Below, piece after piece: positions 13,001 through 23,752 of a stretch of DNA of 64,000 nt; within the stretch, counting starts at the first letter, position 1; each line of letters starts with the position of its first letter. The DNA lies in assembly GCA_002633005.1 (NCBI GenBank), contig NMRA01000226.1:65728-129727 (forward strand), in the 5' to 3' direction. This stretch comes from Phoronis australis. Its lineage: Eukaryota; Animalia; Phoronida. The notes beneath the pieces were generated by a model that worked only from the letters and a program-made list of their open reading frames with translations, did no database searches and was not told the origin of the DNA. The position numbers were made by a program, and so were the translations under genes.

Positions 13001-16000
13001 CTGATAATGTCTATACTCAAGAGTAAATTTGAAGCAACGGAAATACCACAGCTGTTCTGGGGGAGACGGATAAGCACATACAGCTACCAGATACTTAAAG
13101 CTAATACGGTATCCTGGCGGTAATAAACAGTGTGTTTTATCAACATTATTTTTCTAGCTATACCGGCTCCCTCTATTAGTGAAGACAGTCGGCAGCCAGA
13201 CTACACGATCTCTCTACGTGGTCTGAGTGTCTCCTGTGAGGATCTTGAGGATGTCGTGCTCAATTATACAGTGTCTTACTGCGTGGCCAATCAGCAAAGA
13301 GCCAATTGCTCAGGTGACTCATGAGTGCAACGTGTGTTATAGATATAGCGTAGATAGTAAAGGGAGATATGTCAGAATTGGAAGAGGGAGGGGGTGGGGA
13401 TTTGTCGGAGGAAGTGAGCTTGATGACCGCCAGAGAGATTAAAGGTGGTGTTTGTGATAGCTATGAGTAAACGTTGGGCTAAGTTCGTTCTGTTGTGACA
13501 GGGGTAAAGGTTGGGCAAAGTTCATTCTTTGTCTCATGGAAGGTTGGTAAAAGTTCATTCTGTTTTCCCAGGGGGGAAAGTTGGGCAAAGTTCATTGTTC
13601 TTGGTGATAGGTTGGATGGAGTTCCTCTTGTTTTCTTCGATGTGAAGGTTGGACAAAGCTCATTTGGTTTTCTCAGGGTGAAAGGTTGGGTGAAGTTCAG
13701 TCTGTTCTCTCAGGGTTAAAGGTTGGGCAAAGGTCATTCTGTTTTCTCAGGGGTAAAAAGTTGGACAAAGTTCAGTCTGTTTTCTTAGCCTGAGCAAACA
13801 AATTGAGGGGTGAAGGTTGGCTAAATTTCATTCATTTGATGTAGCTTGTGCTGATAATATGACTTGTGCTGATAATATGACTTGTGCTGATAACATGACT
13901 TGTGTGTGTAATTTTGGCTTTGTGAAATGTGTATATTGTTGTACCTGCTTGTTTGGTAATTGATGGTTTTCATCAAATAATCAAGTTCCTGTTTCATTTA
14001 GAAGTTTTGTCTAATCGTGTTATGAACTTTCTCCTGCACTACATAAACTACAAACAGTACACTCCAAAATTAGGACATCGAACTTTTGTTTCACACAATG
14101 GTTAGTCACCACTACAAAAACGTCCCATTTAGTTTTATCTGCTAATGCATAGCAGTTTTCGATTCAATGCAGATGCTACTGTTAAGCGTTCCTAGCAGTT
14201 TTGTCTTTCTAATATTTGGCCTGAACTAATTGCTCGGTTGGTTTTCACCTCAGATCTAGAACTCCATGTGAACCGATCGACTAGTCAGACTGATATAAAG
14301 GACCTACCTGCAGACACGACCTACCTCGTCTGGGCCCAGACTATCTCTAGGTCTGGTAAGAGTGCACTCAGCAATCGGCTCGTTATAACTACAACAGGTG
14401 GGTGTTCAAATTTACTAAAGGGGAGACTTTCAGGAAGCAGTGGTTGCTACTCGCATGTGACCGGTGACTCACAATGCCACCTAGCTGCATAACGCGAAAT
14501 CGTCGTGAGAGACCGTCCAGAGTTGGTATATGGTGCAACTCCGGACGGTCTGGAGTTAACAGAAAACCACAGTTCAACTGTGAGTCTACCCCAATGTGAT
14601 AAACGAGAGTAGTTCTACTTGCTGCGTCAGCTGCAGGTATGCTTTTCTCTTTTATGACACACAATGTGTGACTGGGCAAAGCGTTTTCAAAATAATGTGG
14701 ATAAATCAGTGGAGCGTGAGATCCCTGAGGTCTCTGTCAAGTCCTCACGACAATTTTACGTTATGTGTACCAGGACTTGCTTAGTCTTCACAACAGGTGG
14801 CATAAGGGAATAGCCTTTGCCTGGTGATAAAGAATTTACCTTTTTATGTATGTGATTAGACGGGGTGTGTTTTAAACAAAAGTTATGAAGTACCTCCTTG
14901 TCCTCCAGAGGCCACTGGTATATGGTAACATTTGACCAGTCACTGCATTGCCTTGAAAGCCTTGTCCCATTACAATTTTCATCCAGGGGCACATTCGGCA
15001 ATAGTAGTTGGAAGGTGGTGAGATCACATGGGGTGGAAGTCGGTGACGTCACATGGGGTGGAAGACGGTGAGGTCACATGGGGTGGAAGGTGGTGAGGTC
15101 ACATGGGGTGGAAGGTGGTGAGGTCACATGGGGTATCTCGCAAGGAATCTTGTGTTGTCACCAAACTTGTTCTGGACTATCTGCACTGAACTCCAATAAA
15201 ACTTTGGTAAAAATTTGTGAAATCAGTGTGCATATAAATTCCGGTTATTCTCACGTGAGTGAAGTATCTCTCTTCAACATATGCAAATAAAAAATGTTGA
15301 TTTTATGGGAAAATGTGTAAGGAAAATAACTCAGTCTACTACATTTACAGTCGTGTGGTGTACTTTAGATTGCTGTCATGTTGACATGAGTTATTTTCAT
15401 GACAGATTACTGTCTATAACTGTCTTCCTCCTTGCTATTACCTAAAACTGTTGTATGTGATTTTTGTTCCTTGTTGCAATCTTTAAAGTTTTGGTCAGGA
15501 GCAAAATACTTTGTACAATTAAATTTCTTGTTTTTCTTCATGATTTTTGCCACAACAGTGATGCAACTTACGAATTTGAGGAGATTTTGCTATAAGATTC
15601 TTTATTTTAAGTTTAAAAATGTCTGCTGTACATGGAATCATTATTTTTTATTAAGGCAATTTATTCAAGTAGTTGACTGTATATTACTCATGGTACCTAA
15701 ACTACATGGTTAACGGACTCATAAACAGGATCACGGGCGCATGAAAACGACCGTGTTTCTTCGTGAATGTCAGTCTGTGTCCTGTGTATTTGGGTGAATT
15801 AATCATGTTTTGTGAGTCAGTTCCCATGTTTGTGAGTCAGTGAATGGTGTTTGCAGGTACGTGAGTCATGTTCATGCGTCCGTGACCCTGTTTATGATTC
15901 CGTTAACCGTGTAGTTCAGGTACCTTGTTACTGGCTTGAATCATTGACTGTTATTAATCTTATTGTAGAGGTTGGCATTGATGAACTTACTAAGTTTGAA

Positions 16001-19000
16001 GTACTGAAGTGTAAAACATTCATCGTGCACATTCTGCGCAGATTGTTTAAAAGTGCAATCTTTGCGTCAATTTTAAAAATTGTAGTCTATTGTTTGAAAT
16101 TTTTAATAGTTTTTAGTTTTTCTTTTTTGATGGTTACAATTTTATTGTGCTCTGTGACTTCCATAAATGACAAAGCTCGATTTCATCTGTTTGCTTACGT
16201 TGTCTTGTTGTCGTTTCGTGTTATCAATCTTTGTTGTTTTGTTTGTGTTCAGGCCTATCATCTGTTGAGCTAGCTGTCATTGTTCTGGGCTCTCTGGTTG
16301 GGTTGGTTGTCACTTTGGCTGGTTTTGTCTTTATGGTGAGGTAAGTAGTACTGCTATCACATGCTGAAAAATCAAAAGGGAGCTCTGGAGTCTGTGACTA
16401 GTACAACATTCGCATGCTGTCCAATCAGAATATAGTTGTCACATTCCATCTGAACAGAAGGTAAATCTTTGATCTGTGACAAGTGCAGCATTTACGTGCC
16501 ATCTGGTCCAACGCACATCTGCCATTATGAGAACTGGTCTGCCACTTACCATGATTGTAAAATTTAATTGTTCTTAATCAATCTCGTTTGTTTCGCTTTA
16601 GAGGTGATCGCTGATCTTAGGCGAAAACTGGCTGTTCACTAGTTGTTCAGACCAAGGTTGAATCTGGTGTTAACCAGTACTTTAAAAGACGTGAAATCAC
16701 CTCCAGTTTGGCTAAGGAACAGTTTGTTAAATAATTGTTAATGGTAACTTCTCTAAATCAAACAAGTTGTTTTTGTGATGGAAGGGGAGTTTATAGCTGC
16801 TTTAAATAACTTGTTGCATGTAGTTGTCAAATTTACCTCGAACTTTAACTTTGTTCAATGTGTGTAGATTCCAGTCATGAATGTCTCCCTCGTGTGAGAA
16901 AATTCAGGCTGTCAGTGTAAAGTATTGCTCAGTGTGTTCGTAATTATTTTCAGAAAACTGAAAGACAAGATTAAGAGATGCTGTAGGCCATTTCATTTTG
17001 AGATTCCTGCCAACCCTGAATTGGCCATTCACGTAAGTCTGCACAATAGATTGACTCGTCAAATGTCTTTTTGTTGGACACTTAGTGATATTTCAGGGCA
17101 GTATTATGTTAGATCTGTGGTGTGTTAAGTACTGTGTAGAGATAAAAGCATGAAAATTTTGAGACATCCAGTTGAGAAAACAGATCAAGTTTGAGTCTAA
17201 TACTGTAATAAAAACTTACAAAAATTAGCGACGTTGCGTCCACATCTCGCGAACTTCAGCTTGGCTTGTGACGTTATCGTTATTCTGGCCAGTTGGCGGC
17301 GTTTTGACCAGACGGCGCAGCATTGACGTCAGAACACCATCCCATACGTGTTACAAATCGAATTTTAAACCGCCCCCCATGTGGATGCCCGGGGCTGTCG
17401 CCCTGTCGGTACCGTCTTATGCACACTACTGGGTCTGTTTCATGAAATGTGACTTAAGACTTAAGTGACAAAGCTCACAAGACCACTTATAACGTGCTGT
17501 GAGCCAACCGTTTATAAATTCAGATCAGGCTGGAGCCAACTGATGTGCAGTGACTGACTGGCAGAGTTTTAAGCTCGTTAATTGCTGTTTCATCACCCAA
17601 CTTTTTGGTGTGCTATACAACCAAACAAGTTGAACTCAACGGGAAAACACCGCAATGAAAACATTCGTATTAAAGCCTAGGTTTTAAGATTAGTAGTTTC
17701 ATCAGATAGCTGGAACAACACCAGCACATCAAATGAATATACCACGGACGGTGGACTAAAGACCAAAAGCTGTAAACAGTGATAGCCTTAGTACTGATTA
17801 AACAAGTTAAGTTTAGAGACTTTACTGTGAACACCACTCTCAGATCTCTGCAATAAATTATTTGAACAATGCTTTGCAAGTCAACTTCATGCTGATTAAT
17901 ACTTCAATTAAATAGCATAGCGGAGTGTCGCCTATTAGGGCCCCTCCTGTAATAAGCACAGGTGTGTTATGCCTCGTGGAAGCCAGTGAAAGCAGCATTG
18001 TTAAATAAGTGCCGGGCTGTAATTCAAGACTAGTTGAAACAACTCTGTTTTACTGGATGGTTAAGAGCTTGTTGTTAACAAAATACAAGTGAACATGATG
18101 TGAGGACATATGTGTTGCGAATGTCATGTTTGATGTATGTAATGGTTGTTTTAAAAACATATTAATAACATGCAGAAGCCAGTCTCACACTCGTTTGACT
18201 CTGGATTGCAAATCAAACGTACAATGGACAATCAACAATAAGTTAGTGCTGCGTGGGCAAAACTGGCTGTGATGAATACTTGCTGGGTTTTAAGTGAGCA
18301 CACGGGTCTTGAAAAGAAAAAAGCGTGGGGATTAATACGCGACACCACGGTATAACTTGGCTTCTTTGCCGGAACTGCTCAGTATAAAGTCTATAGCCAT
18401 TGCACTGCTGAATACACATTCCATAAATGCTTCAGAACTAAAAGAGCTCATCAGTTGGCTCAGGCCTAGGCAGAGTTCACTTGATGGCAGTACACTTGCG
18501 GCGAGAAAATTTTGCTTAGATGATGGAAAAGTGAATTTAATCCCAATCGATCCCATAATTCAACACAGACCGATCGCTTCAGTGGCGGCCATTTTGGCTA
18601 CTACAGGCTAGAATGCTCCCGGTCTAGTGAAACGCAACCTTTTTACTCGTGTGATCTTCCGAATTATTGGGATATCTTGCTTTTTCTAGAAAGACACTGA
18701 ACGCTACCCTGATCTATATAAACAGTTGACCTACAGCTCACTGGTCTTGTGAACTTTGTCAGTACTGTTGTAACTATGCTTGTGTGCATGTAGCTCCCTT
18801 CTATACACGGTTGAACCCTGTTTGGGTTTTGTTCATTAGATGTCCAATGTTTTACTGATAGCAATATGTGTAAATATATTGAAACATGCTGAAACTTAGA
18901 TATCTTGTTATGCTCATAAACATAGTAATGTATTTATTGGTATGTCACAGTCTAATATTTTAATATGATTTTTAAAACTAGGTGTATAATTATTCTCTAA

Positions 19001-21757
19001 TACTTTTTACTTTTGGGTGTTTTATATTTTTTGAAATAACTTCGTGGAGCAGAATCTGATCTACTGCAGTCAATAATGTTTTCAACATTCTTGTACAAAG
19101 ATATTTGTCATGGTGGAGTGTGCTAGTGAGTGGTGACACTAGTGAAACAACATGGGTTATGATGAGCACCCTCTGTCGTACATTACAAAAATGGTGTGAT
19201 ATAGGCATTGTCTGGTTGGCCACAATCTCTGATATACACGAGCTTCTTTGATCGAGGGATTTTGTCAATATTCTGTAAATTGGCTTTTTTATCATAGTCG
19301 GTGGTTTGTAATGTTTTTTTCCGTTTCCATGTTGATTTTTGACACATCTTCATTTTAATGAGATATGATGGCTGCATGGTACACCAACGAGTTTCTTGTT
19401 TTACTTGACAGTCTTCTGAGCAGACTATTGCTAGGCAGTACGACAAATTGTCAGAAGAGACGTCTCCAAGTAAGAAGAAAAAGAACAGGACCTTCAGCAG
19501 TGACAAAGAGGTCAGTCTCTCAGCTACTGTGTATGGCAACAGTTATCAGACAAAATACGAAATTCTGTTCACAACAGAAGTGGTGGCAAAATTCTAATTA
19601 CAGAATGGCTGGGCGACTGTATTAAAATTCTAGCTTGTTAATTCCACTTCATTGTCGTTCCTCAGAGAATATTATACTCTGACTATGAATTCAGTTTCCA
19701 CCCGGCTGTGAAGCTGAGGAATTCCGAATATTTGGTAACCCAAAAAAAAAATAGCTGGCAGTCTGATACACGTTGTACCAGATGCGCAGGCCGCGCATGT
19801 GGGCCCATTGCACTCATCACCTGGAACCATTTTTATGCTTTATCAATATATAGTTAAAACCAAGCTGAGGAGCTAGAAGCCTGATTCAAGAGTATAGCAC
19901 TGTGGCCCAGTGGGACTCTAACCCACGACTTCGAGTAAATAAACCAGGCACCTATCTCACTAGGCCACATTACCTCCCCCATTTGGTAACTCAGGTCATA
20001 GGCCCGTACATCTACTGTCTACTTTAGCACTGTTACCATAGGTACTCAGGTTTGATACCAGTAATACACTGAATACTAAAACAAAAAATAATGTCAGTAC
20101 AATATCAAAACGGAAAGTACTCGGTGCCTTAATAGGTACCTTGAAAATATGAAATTGTGTCTGTCTAATTTAATATTTTCTTATTTATTTATTTATTATT
20201 TATTTATTAATGTAATATTTACAATAAGGGTAGCGCCATCAGTTCACAGTGCTTTCCATGGGGGCCCTTGATCTATCTTTCAATTGTGTCATCTACGACC
20301 TGCGTGAAGTGGAACACAAATTGGCATCATGCTGCTATAACATTGTGAGGTCAATCAATGTGAACTATACATTTGTACTTTCGACAGCAAAAAAGTAATC
20401 AGTTTTGATATTTTGTACTTCACTTGTTGATTTGCAGGTTGTTGACAAGCTGCTGGGTAACGGTCACATATCAGCTGATCTAAAGTCCAGACTTCTGAGT
20501 CAGAAGCTGCTGGAACAATGTAGGCAAAGTGAAATAGTTGTTGATCAAGTGGGCTTCGGTAGTGACCACTCACTAGCGTATTACTTGAAAGCTGTGCCCC
20601 TATGTAATGGGGAGATATCAGTGGACAGCGTGGAAGAAAGACCGTTAGCAACCAGTGATGTACCGAGGGAGGGTCTTGTGGATAATGACGGTAGTAGTGG
20701 GTCTTCATGTGGTTACAAGGCAAGGGTGAACAGGGGAAGTGCGCTTACGGTGGATAATGATGAATGTGAGTCTAGGCCAGGGGAGGGTTCCATGGATAGT
20801 GTTGTAAGCAGTGACTCATCAGCGGATTATAAGTTCAAAGTGAACAGGAAAAAGGCTCAGCCACTTGGTGAGGAAAGTGGTTCTAGGCCGTGGGATGGTT
20901 GCGTGGATAGTGCTGGTAGCAGTGAGACGTCATGCAGTTACAAGGCAAGAGTTAATAGAAACAGTGCTCACCTACTCAGTGGCAAAGTTGGTTCTGTAGA
21001 GATGGAGGGTGACGCTGATAGTGGCGATAGCTGCGGGTCGTCAGCTGATTATAAGGCTAGAGTGAACAGGAATAATGTTCACTCGTTTGATGATAAGTGT
21101 GCTTCTAGACCACGCAATGGTTCTGTTGTGGGTGGTGATTGTAGTGAGTCTTCCTGTAGTTACGTGCCGGTTAGGTTGACCAAGAACAGTGATCACTTGC
21201 TTAGGGATAAAAGTGATCCGGAAGATGGACACGATTCAGGATTGTCTGCAACCAACAGCGATGATTCATCTTACCATTACAAACCCAGGGTAAATAGAAA
21301 CATTAGCCCCGAGGTGGCCCCATTCGTTCTTCGTAATCAAGAGTCAGAAATTAGCAGTTATGGAGATGCTTGCACTAGCAAGCCTGTGTCTATCAAATTT
21401 GATACTACTGGGTTACCCTCAAGCGTTTATAAGCCAGAGTTAGGAAATGACAGGATGAACAGAAATGATAGCTATAAAGGCTCCTCATTAAAAACTCATC
21501 TATCCAAGCCAGAACCTCATGTTGCAGACAGCTCATCTTGCCCTTCCAAGACCCTAGAAGGCTCTTCTAATAGTTGGGATAATACCAGGTATTCAGCTTC
21601 AGATATAACGGCTAGCGGTCAGCCACCTGAACATGCTGCTTGCGATGACGATTACTGGGGTGCTGACTCCAGGTCTCATGACACGAAATACTCAACTGAC
21701 CGTGACTTGAATGAAAGTGCTTCAGATGTGTCCTACAAAAGGCCGTGTTTCTCTTAA
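849..21757 (+). CDS. Gene 1 (5'-partial): gp130/Domeless-like class I cytokine receptor; exons 849-1017, 1516-1604, 4303-4540, 7691-7827, 9060-9234, 13158-13313, 14254-14397, 16253-16340, 16954-17032, 19412-19510, 20438-21757
   Basis: Eleven exons with AG/GT boundaries join in one open frame (intron phases 1,0,1,0,1,1,1,2,0,0). The product reads: FN3 half with GFWSD, three FN3 domains, TM helix, Pro-containing juxtamembrane motif, long Tyr-rich tail. This is the tall gp130/LIFR/Dome architecture. Confidence 0.85.
1135..1445 (+). mobile_element. Penelope-like retroelement 3' remnant (GIY-YIG endonuclease C-terminus plus pLTR-like tail)
   Basis: DLSVQIIEKL...RLKREQYWIDKLNTLEPHGLNIK matches the RExxWIxxLxTxxPxGLN end of PLE GIY-YIG domains; a hammerhead-like motif follows. 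Confidence 0.75.
1399..1436 (+). ncRNA. Minimal type I hammerhead ribozyme-like motif (U3-A8 core variant)
   Basis: ctg-TTGACAA-a-gga...tcc-GAAA-at-TT-tag, located downstream of the PLE GIY-YIG remnant. Confidence 0.5.
1516..1604 (+). CDS. Gene 1 exon: N-terminal half of FN3 domain
   Basis: ttttcag acceptor, gtaagt donor; VPSASPDLLPGSYRRHGCNAIHCKVTMMWP; phase 1 in, phase 0 out. Confidence 0.8.
1979..2013 (+). ncRNA. Minimal type I hammerhead ribozyme-like motif (U3-A8 core variant)
   Basis: ccc-TTGACAA-a-gagcg cat cgccc-GAAA-cg-TA-ggg; stems I and II pair (one mismatch in stem II), with a minimal palindromic helix III. Confidence 0.55.
2211..3545 (+). mobile_element. Non-autonomous Helentron (DINE-1/HINE-like) element with ~150 bp subrepeats in a ~452 bp higher-order unit
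   Basis: T-run start, 5' palindrome (ccacatatttatatgtgg), GTCC/GGCGTCC microsatellite, internal tandem repeats, 3' inverted subterminal copy (gtgggcgtat) and terminal hairpin caacg-gtccg-cgttg. Confidence 0.75.
4303..4540 (+). CDS. Gene 1 exon: C-terminal half of FN3 domain
   Basis: ttctag acceptor, gttagt donor; SLPQIHANGVIIGQKITL...LQNLLRNTTYKVQLRASTDRG; ANGxI motif typical of gp130-family membrane-proximal FN3 domains. Confidence 0.85.
4660..4935 (-). mobile_element. 5' fragment of an RLE-type non-LTR retrotransposon (Hero/NeSL/R2-like N-terminal zinc finger)
   Basis: GVCGKILTNVRGLKIHQGQM resembles the CxCGKxCxxxxGLKIHQ finger at the start of such ORFs; degenerate. Confidence 0.45.
6340..6700 (+). 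repeat. Dispersed repeat, inverted relative to the copy at ~55680-56030
   Basis: Clear nucleotide similarity; both translate as SGIHSA...SL.RFSPSSQVNATPL.K.RSTV. Confidence 0.7.
7691..7827 (+). CDS. Gene 1 exon: N-terminal half of FN3 domain
   Basis: tttgcag acceptor, gtcagt donor; APVAPQYVSAVKLNDAEVKLSWEYNGPPAEFMVFWCKGKDEKCLEK (LSW and VxWC motifs). Confidence 0.85.
8800..9022 (-). mobile_element. LINE ORF1p fragment (L1/L2-type)
   Basis: KVEDLENRSRRDNCVFHGFEEK...ESWVESEEIIMQFLKNDLHL contains the DLENRSRRxN motif. Confidence 0.7.
9060..9234 (+). CDS. Gene 1 exon: C-terminal half of FN3 domain
   Basis: tttgtag acceptor, gtaagt donor; SDLEFRKVTTGHSVHIHPSDSVDQYIYAVSTT...SACLYLLHNR; phase 0 in, phase 1 out. 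Confidence 0.8.
13158..13313 (+). CDS. Gene 1 exon: N-terminal half of membrane-proximal FN3 domain
   Basis: tttctag acceptor, gtgact donor; IPAPSISEDSRQPDYTISLRGLSVSCEDLEDVVLNYTVSYCVANQQRANCS. Confidence 0.8.
13468..13832. repeat. Minisatellite, ~37 bp unit (aaaggttgggcaaagttcattctgttttctcagggt), about 10 degenerate copies
   Basis: Direct inspection. Confidence 0.8.
13844..13905. repeat. 18 bp tandem repeat (cttgtgctgataatatga) x3
   Basis: Direct inspection. Confidence 0.85.
14254..14397 (+). CDS. Gene 1 exon: C-terminal half of membrane-proximal FN3 domain
   Basis: cctcag acceptor, gtgggt donor; DLELHVNRSTSQTDIKDLPADTTYLVWAQTISRSGKSALSNRLVITTT (LxxxTxY motif). Confidence 0.85.
15010..15134. 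repeat. 25 bp tandem repeat (ggaaggtggtgaggtcacatggggt) x5
   Basis: Direct inspection. Confidence 0.9.
16253..16340 (+). CDS. Gene 1 exon: transmembrane helix
   Basis: Long T-rich tract then ttcag acceptor, gtaagt donor; GLSSVELAVIVLGSLVGLVVTLAGFVFMVR. Confidence 0.88.
16954..17032 (+). CDS. Gene 1 exon: basic juxtamembrane segment and Box1-like (putative JAK-binding) motif
   Basis: ttttcag acceptor, gtaagt donor; RKLKDKIKRCCRPFHFEIPANPELAIH; phase 2 in, phase 0 out. Confidence 0.82.
19412..19510 (+). CDS. Gene 1 probable 99-bp symmetric cytoplasmic exon
   Basis: gttttacttgacag acceptor, GAG|gtcagt donor; open in phase 0-0: SSEQTIARQYDKLSEETSPSKKKKNRTFSSDKE. Not needed to keep frame, so less certain. 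Confidence 0.62.
19860..19980 (-). mobile_element. tRNA-derived SINE head
   Basis: Minus strand has A-box-like TGGCCTAGTGAG and B-box-like GGTTAGAGTCCC at tRNA-like spacing. Confidence 0.55.
20438..21757 (+). CDS. Gene 1 terminal exon: Ser/Asp-rich, probably disordered cytoplasmic tail with repeated tyrosine motifs
   Basis: tttgcag acceptor in phase 0 within the 450 aa ORF; 439 codons to TAA; repeated YKARVNR-like motifs. Confidence 0.88.
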   Translation, partial: VVDKLLGNGHISADLKSRLLSQKLLEQCRQSEIVVDQVGFGSDHSLAYYLKAVPLCNGEISVDSVEERPLATSDVPREGLVDNDGSSGSSCGYKARVNRGSALTVDNDECESRPGEGSMDSVVSSDSSADYKFKVNRKKAQPLGEESGSRPWDGCVDSAGSSETSCSYKARVNRNSAHLLSGKVGSVEMEGDADSGDSCGSSADYKARVNRNNVHSFDDKCASRPRNGSVVGGDCSESSCSYVPVRLTKNSDHLLRDKSDPEDGHDSGLSATNSDDSSYHYKPRVNRNISPEVAPFVLRNQESEISSYGDACTSKPVSIKFDTTGLPSSVYKPELGNDRMNRNDSYKGSSLKTHLSKPEPHVADSSSCPSKTLEGSSNSWDNTRYSASDITASGQPPEHAACDDDYWGADSRSHDTKYSTDRDLNESASDVSYKRPCFS

Positions 21758-23746
21758 CTGGCTCCAAGTAAACAGCCACCTTATTTAGAGACAGGTGAAG
21801 CAAAATGTTGATTTTTGATGCAATGTGTTATTGTGAATAGTCAAGCAGGTAAATCCATGACACATTATGTGAGCGGGCAGTTCGCAAGAAGTATCCTGGC
21901 TTGGGCAACATGAAAAATGAAAATTGTGAAAGGTTTGAAAACATGTATTCCTCTGTCATTAAAAGGGTGCTAAACCCTGATTTGGTGATTTCAACCACTC
22001 CTCATTCTGCCACCTAAAAATGCATTATTGGTCTCCCACTTAAGCGATAAAAGCAGGATTCAATTAAAATATAGTACATGCTCTCTGTTGCAAATTGGCT
22101 ATTATGGCTTTTGGTATGTGGTCTTTCCCTGATGTTGTCCTGTTATCCGCCTAAAGCGTGGGTCATGCTGGCGTGTTTAGCAGACTGCATGTAGAGAAAT
22201 TTCATAATTTGACCCAAGCTTTTGAGAGTAAATGAGGGTTTCAAAGCATTGTTTTGTTTGTATAACTAGATTGGAAAGTCATTAAGATCTGTTGATGGGC
22301 CAAAACTCTGTTTAGTATGTTTTTAATTAATGTGTGAAACAACATGGCCGTTTCCCTTGTGATTAGTTGCTAGCTAATGAGCATGCCTTAAGGGCCTGTA
22401 AACTCAGTCCATTAACTCACATAAATGTGGCTCATTCATCGCCCACACTGGACATGGATGTGCGCAGGTGTGCAGCATGTTTGAGTGTTGGTGTGCAGTA
22501 TTTGCGAGTTCTGGGAACTGTTTTTTCGGGCGAAGGTAGCTGCATTTTGTGAGTAGGTGTGTTTGGTTATTTCGAATTCTGGTAAGAGTTCGTGAGTCAG
22601 TCCATATAGGTGAGCTGTGTTTATACAGTGAGGTTGGAACTATGCTCAGAGTGTAGCAGTGGTGTTGTTTCCACCATCTGTAAGATTGTCCAAAAATGTC
22701 TTCTGGAACTGAATTGTATAAAAGGCTTGTGGATGTATTAATTACCAAGACGCCATGTTTGTGATGTTTCCATACCTTGCCACTGTTGTGTTCATTTTCT
22801 ACTACTCTTGTTTTAGTTGAAGTTTACACACAATCAATGAAGCGGTGAACTGCTTATTACCTTTAAATGGAACCTTGTTGGGTAATAAATGAGACTGAGT
22901 GTGTTTAGCGTGTAAAATTATTTTTTATTCCAGACTATGTCTTGTTACGTTACTAGGTATTCTAATATATTTTATACTTTCATTAGAGTCAGTAGGGGCA
23001 TTATACCCTGTGATTTTTTATAGGAATGTAGAAACGGTATTGTTGGTTTGTGAGTTCGTGGTTTTGAACTGTGTGCCTATGTATATGGGGCTATAAATTA
23101 AGTTTAGAACCTATTTTGCTATGTCTTATCATTATCCTAAGCTGCTTTGGTAATCTTGCATTATTTTAGATTGTTAGATGCATTTGAATTGCGCAACATC
23201 TAGGCCAGCTTGGAATAAAAATATGTACCCTGCCCTGGTGGTTCATTTGTTATCCCGTTTTTCTGTTGTGCTGAGTTGCCATGTGAACAGGATGTAAAGC
23301 TGATGCCTATTAATGTTTCTGTTGATCCTTGGAGGTAGTGGAGTGCACCAAACATATTGTGGTTACACAGTATCGGTGAGTGCACATTGCTCAACCTTTT
23401 TCCGCCTTTGCTCGCTGTCTAATGAATCGTGCGAATTTCTTTGCGAGTATGTCAGTGAGGCTTATAATGAACAAGTTTCCTGCGTTTCATGGCCAGTCCT
23501 TTAATCAGTTGTGGGAAGACATGTTGGAAGGAAGGCGTTTTATTGTTCATTCCAACACCCAACGAATGTCAAAGGTGTTCAGGAGATTTTGAATTTCCAG
23601 GCCCTCATAATCGTTTTTGTATAGATTTCTGTTGCTTTCAGTCCTTGAAGTTTTTTAGTTTGGTAGGATACTAAAAGTTGGATATTTTATTGTGGATATA
23701 CACTGGAGCATTGTTTGACTGTCCACTACGGTTACCAATGTGACGA

Positions 23747-23752
23747 AATAAA
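23747..23752 (+). promoter_or_regulatory. Candidate polyadenylation signal of gene 1 (3' UTR about 2 kb)
   Basis: AATAAA followed by a T-rich tract, at the end of a TG-rich intronless stretch after the stop codon; other AATAAA occur near 22884 and 23213. Confidence 0.45.
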
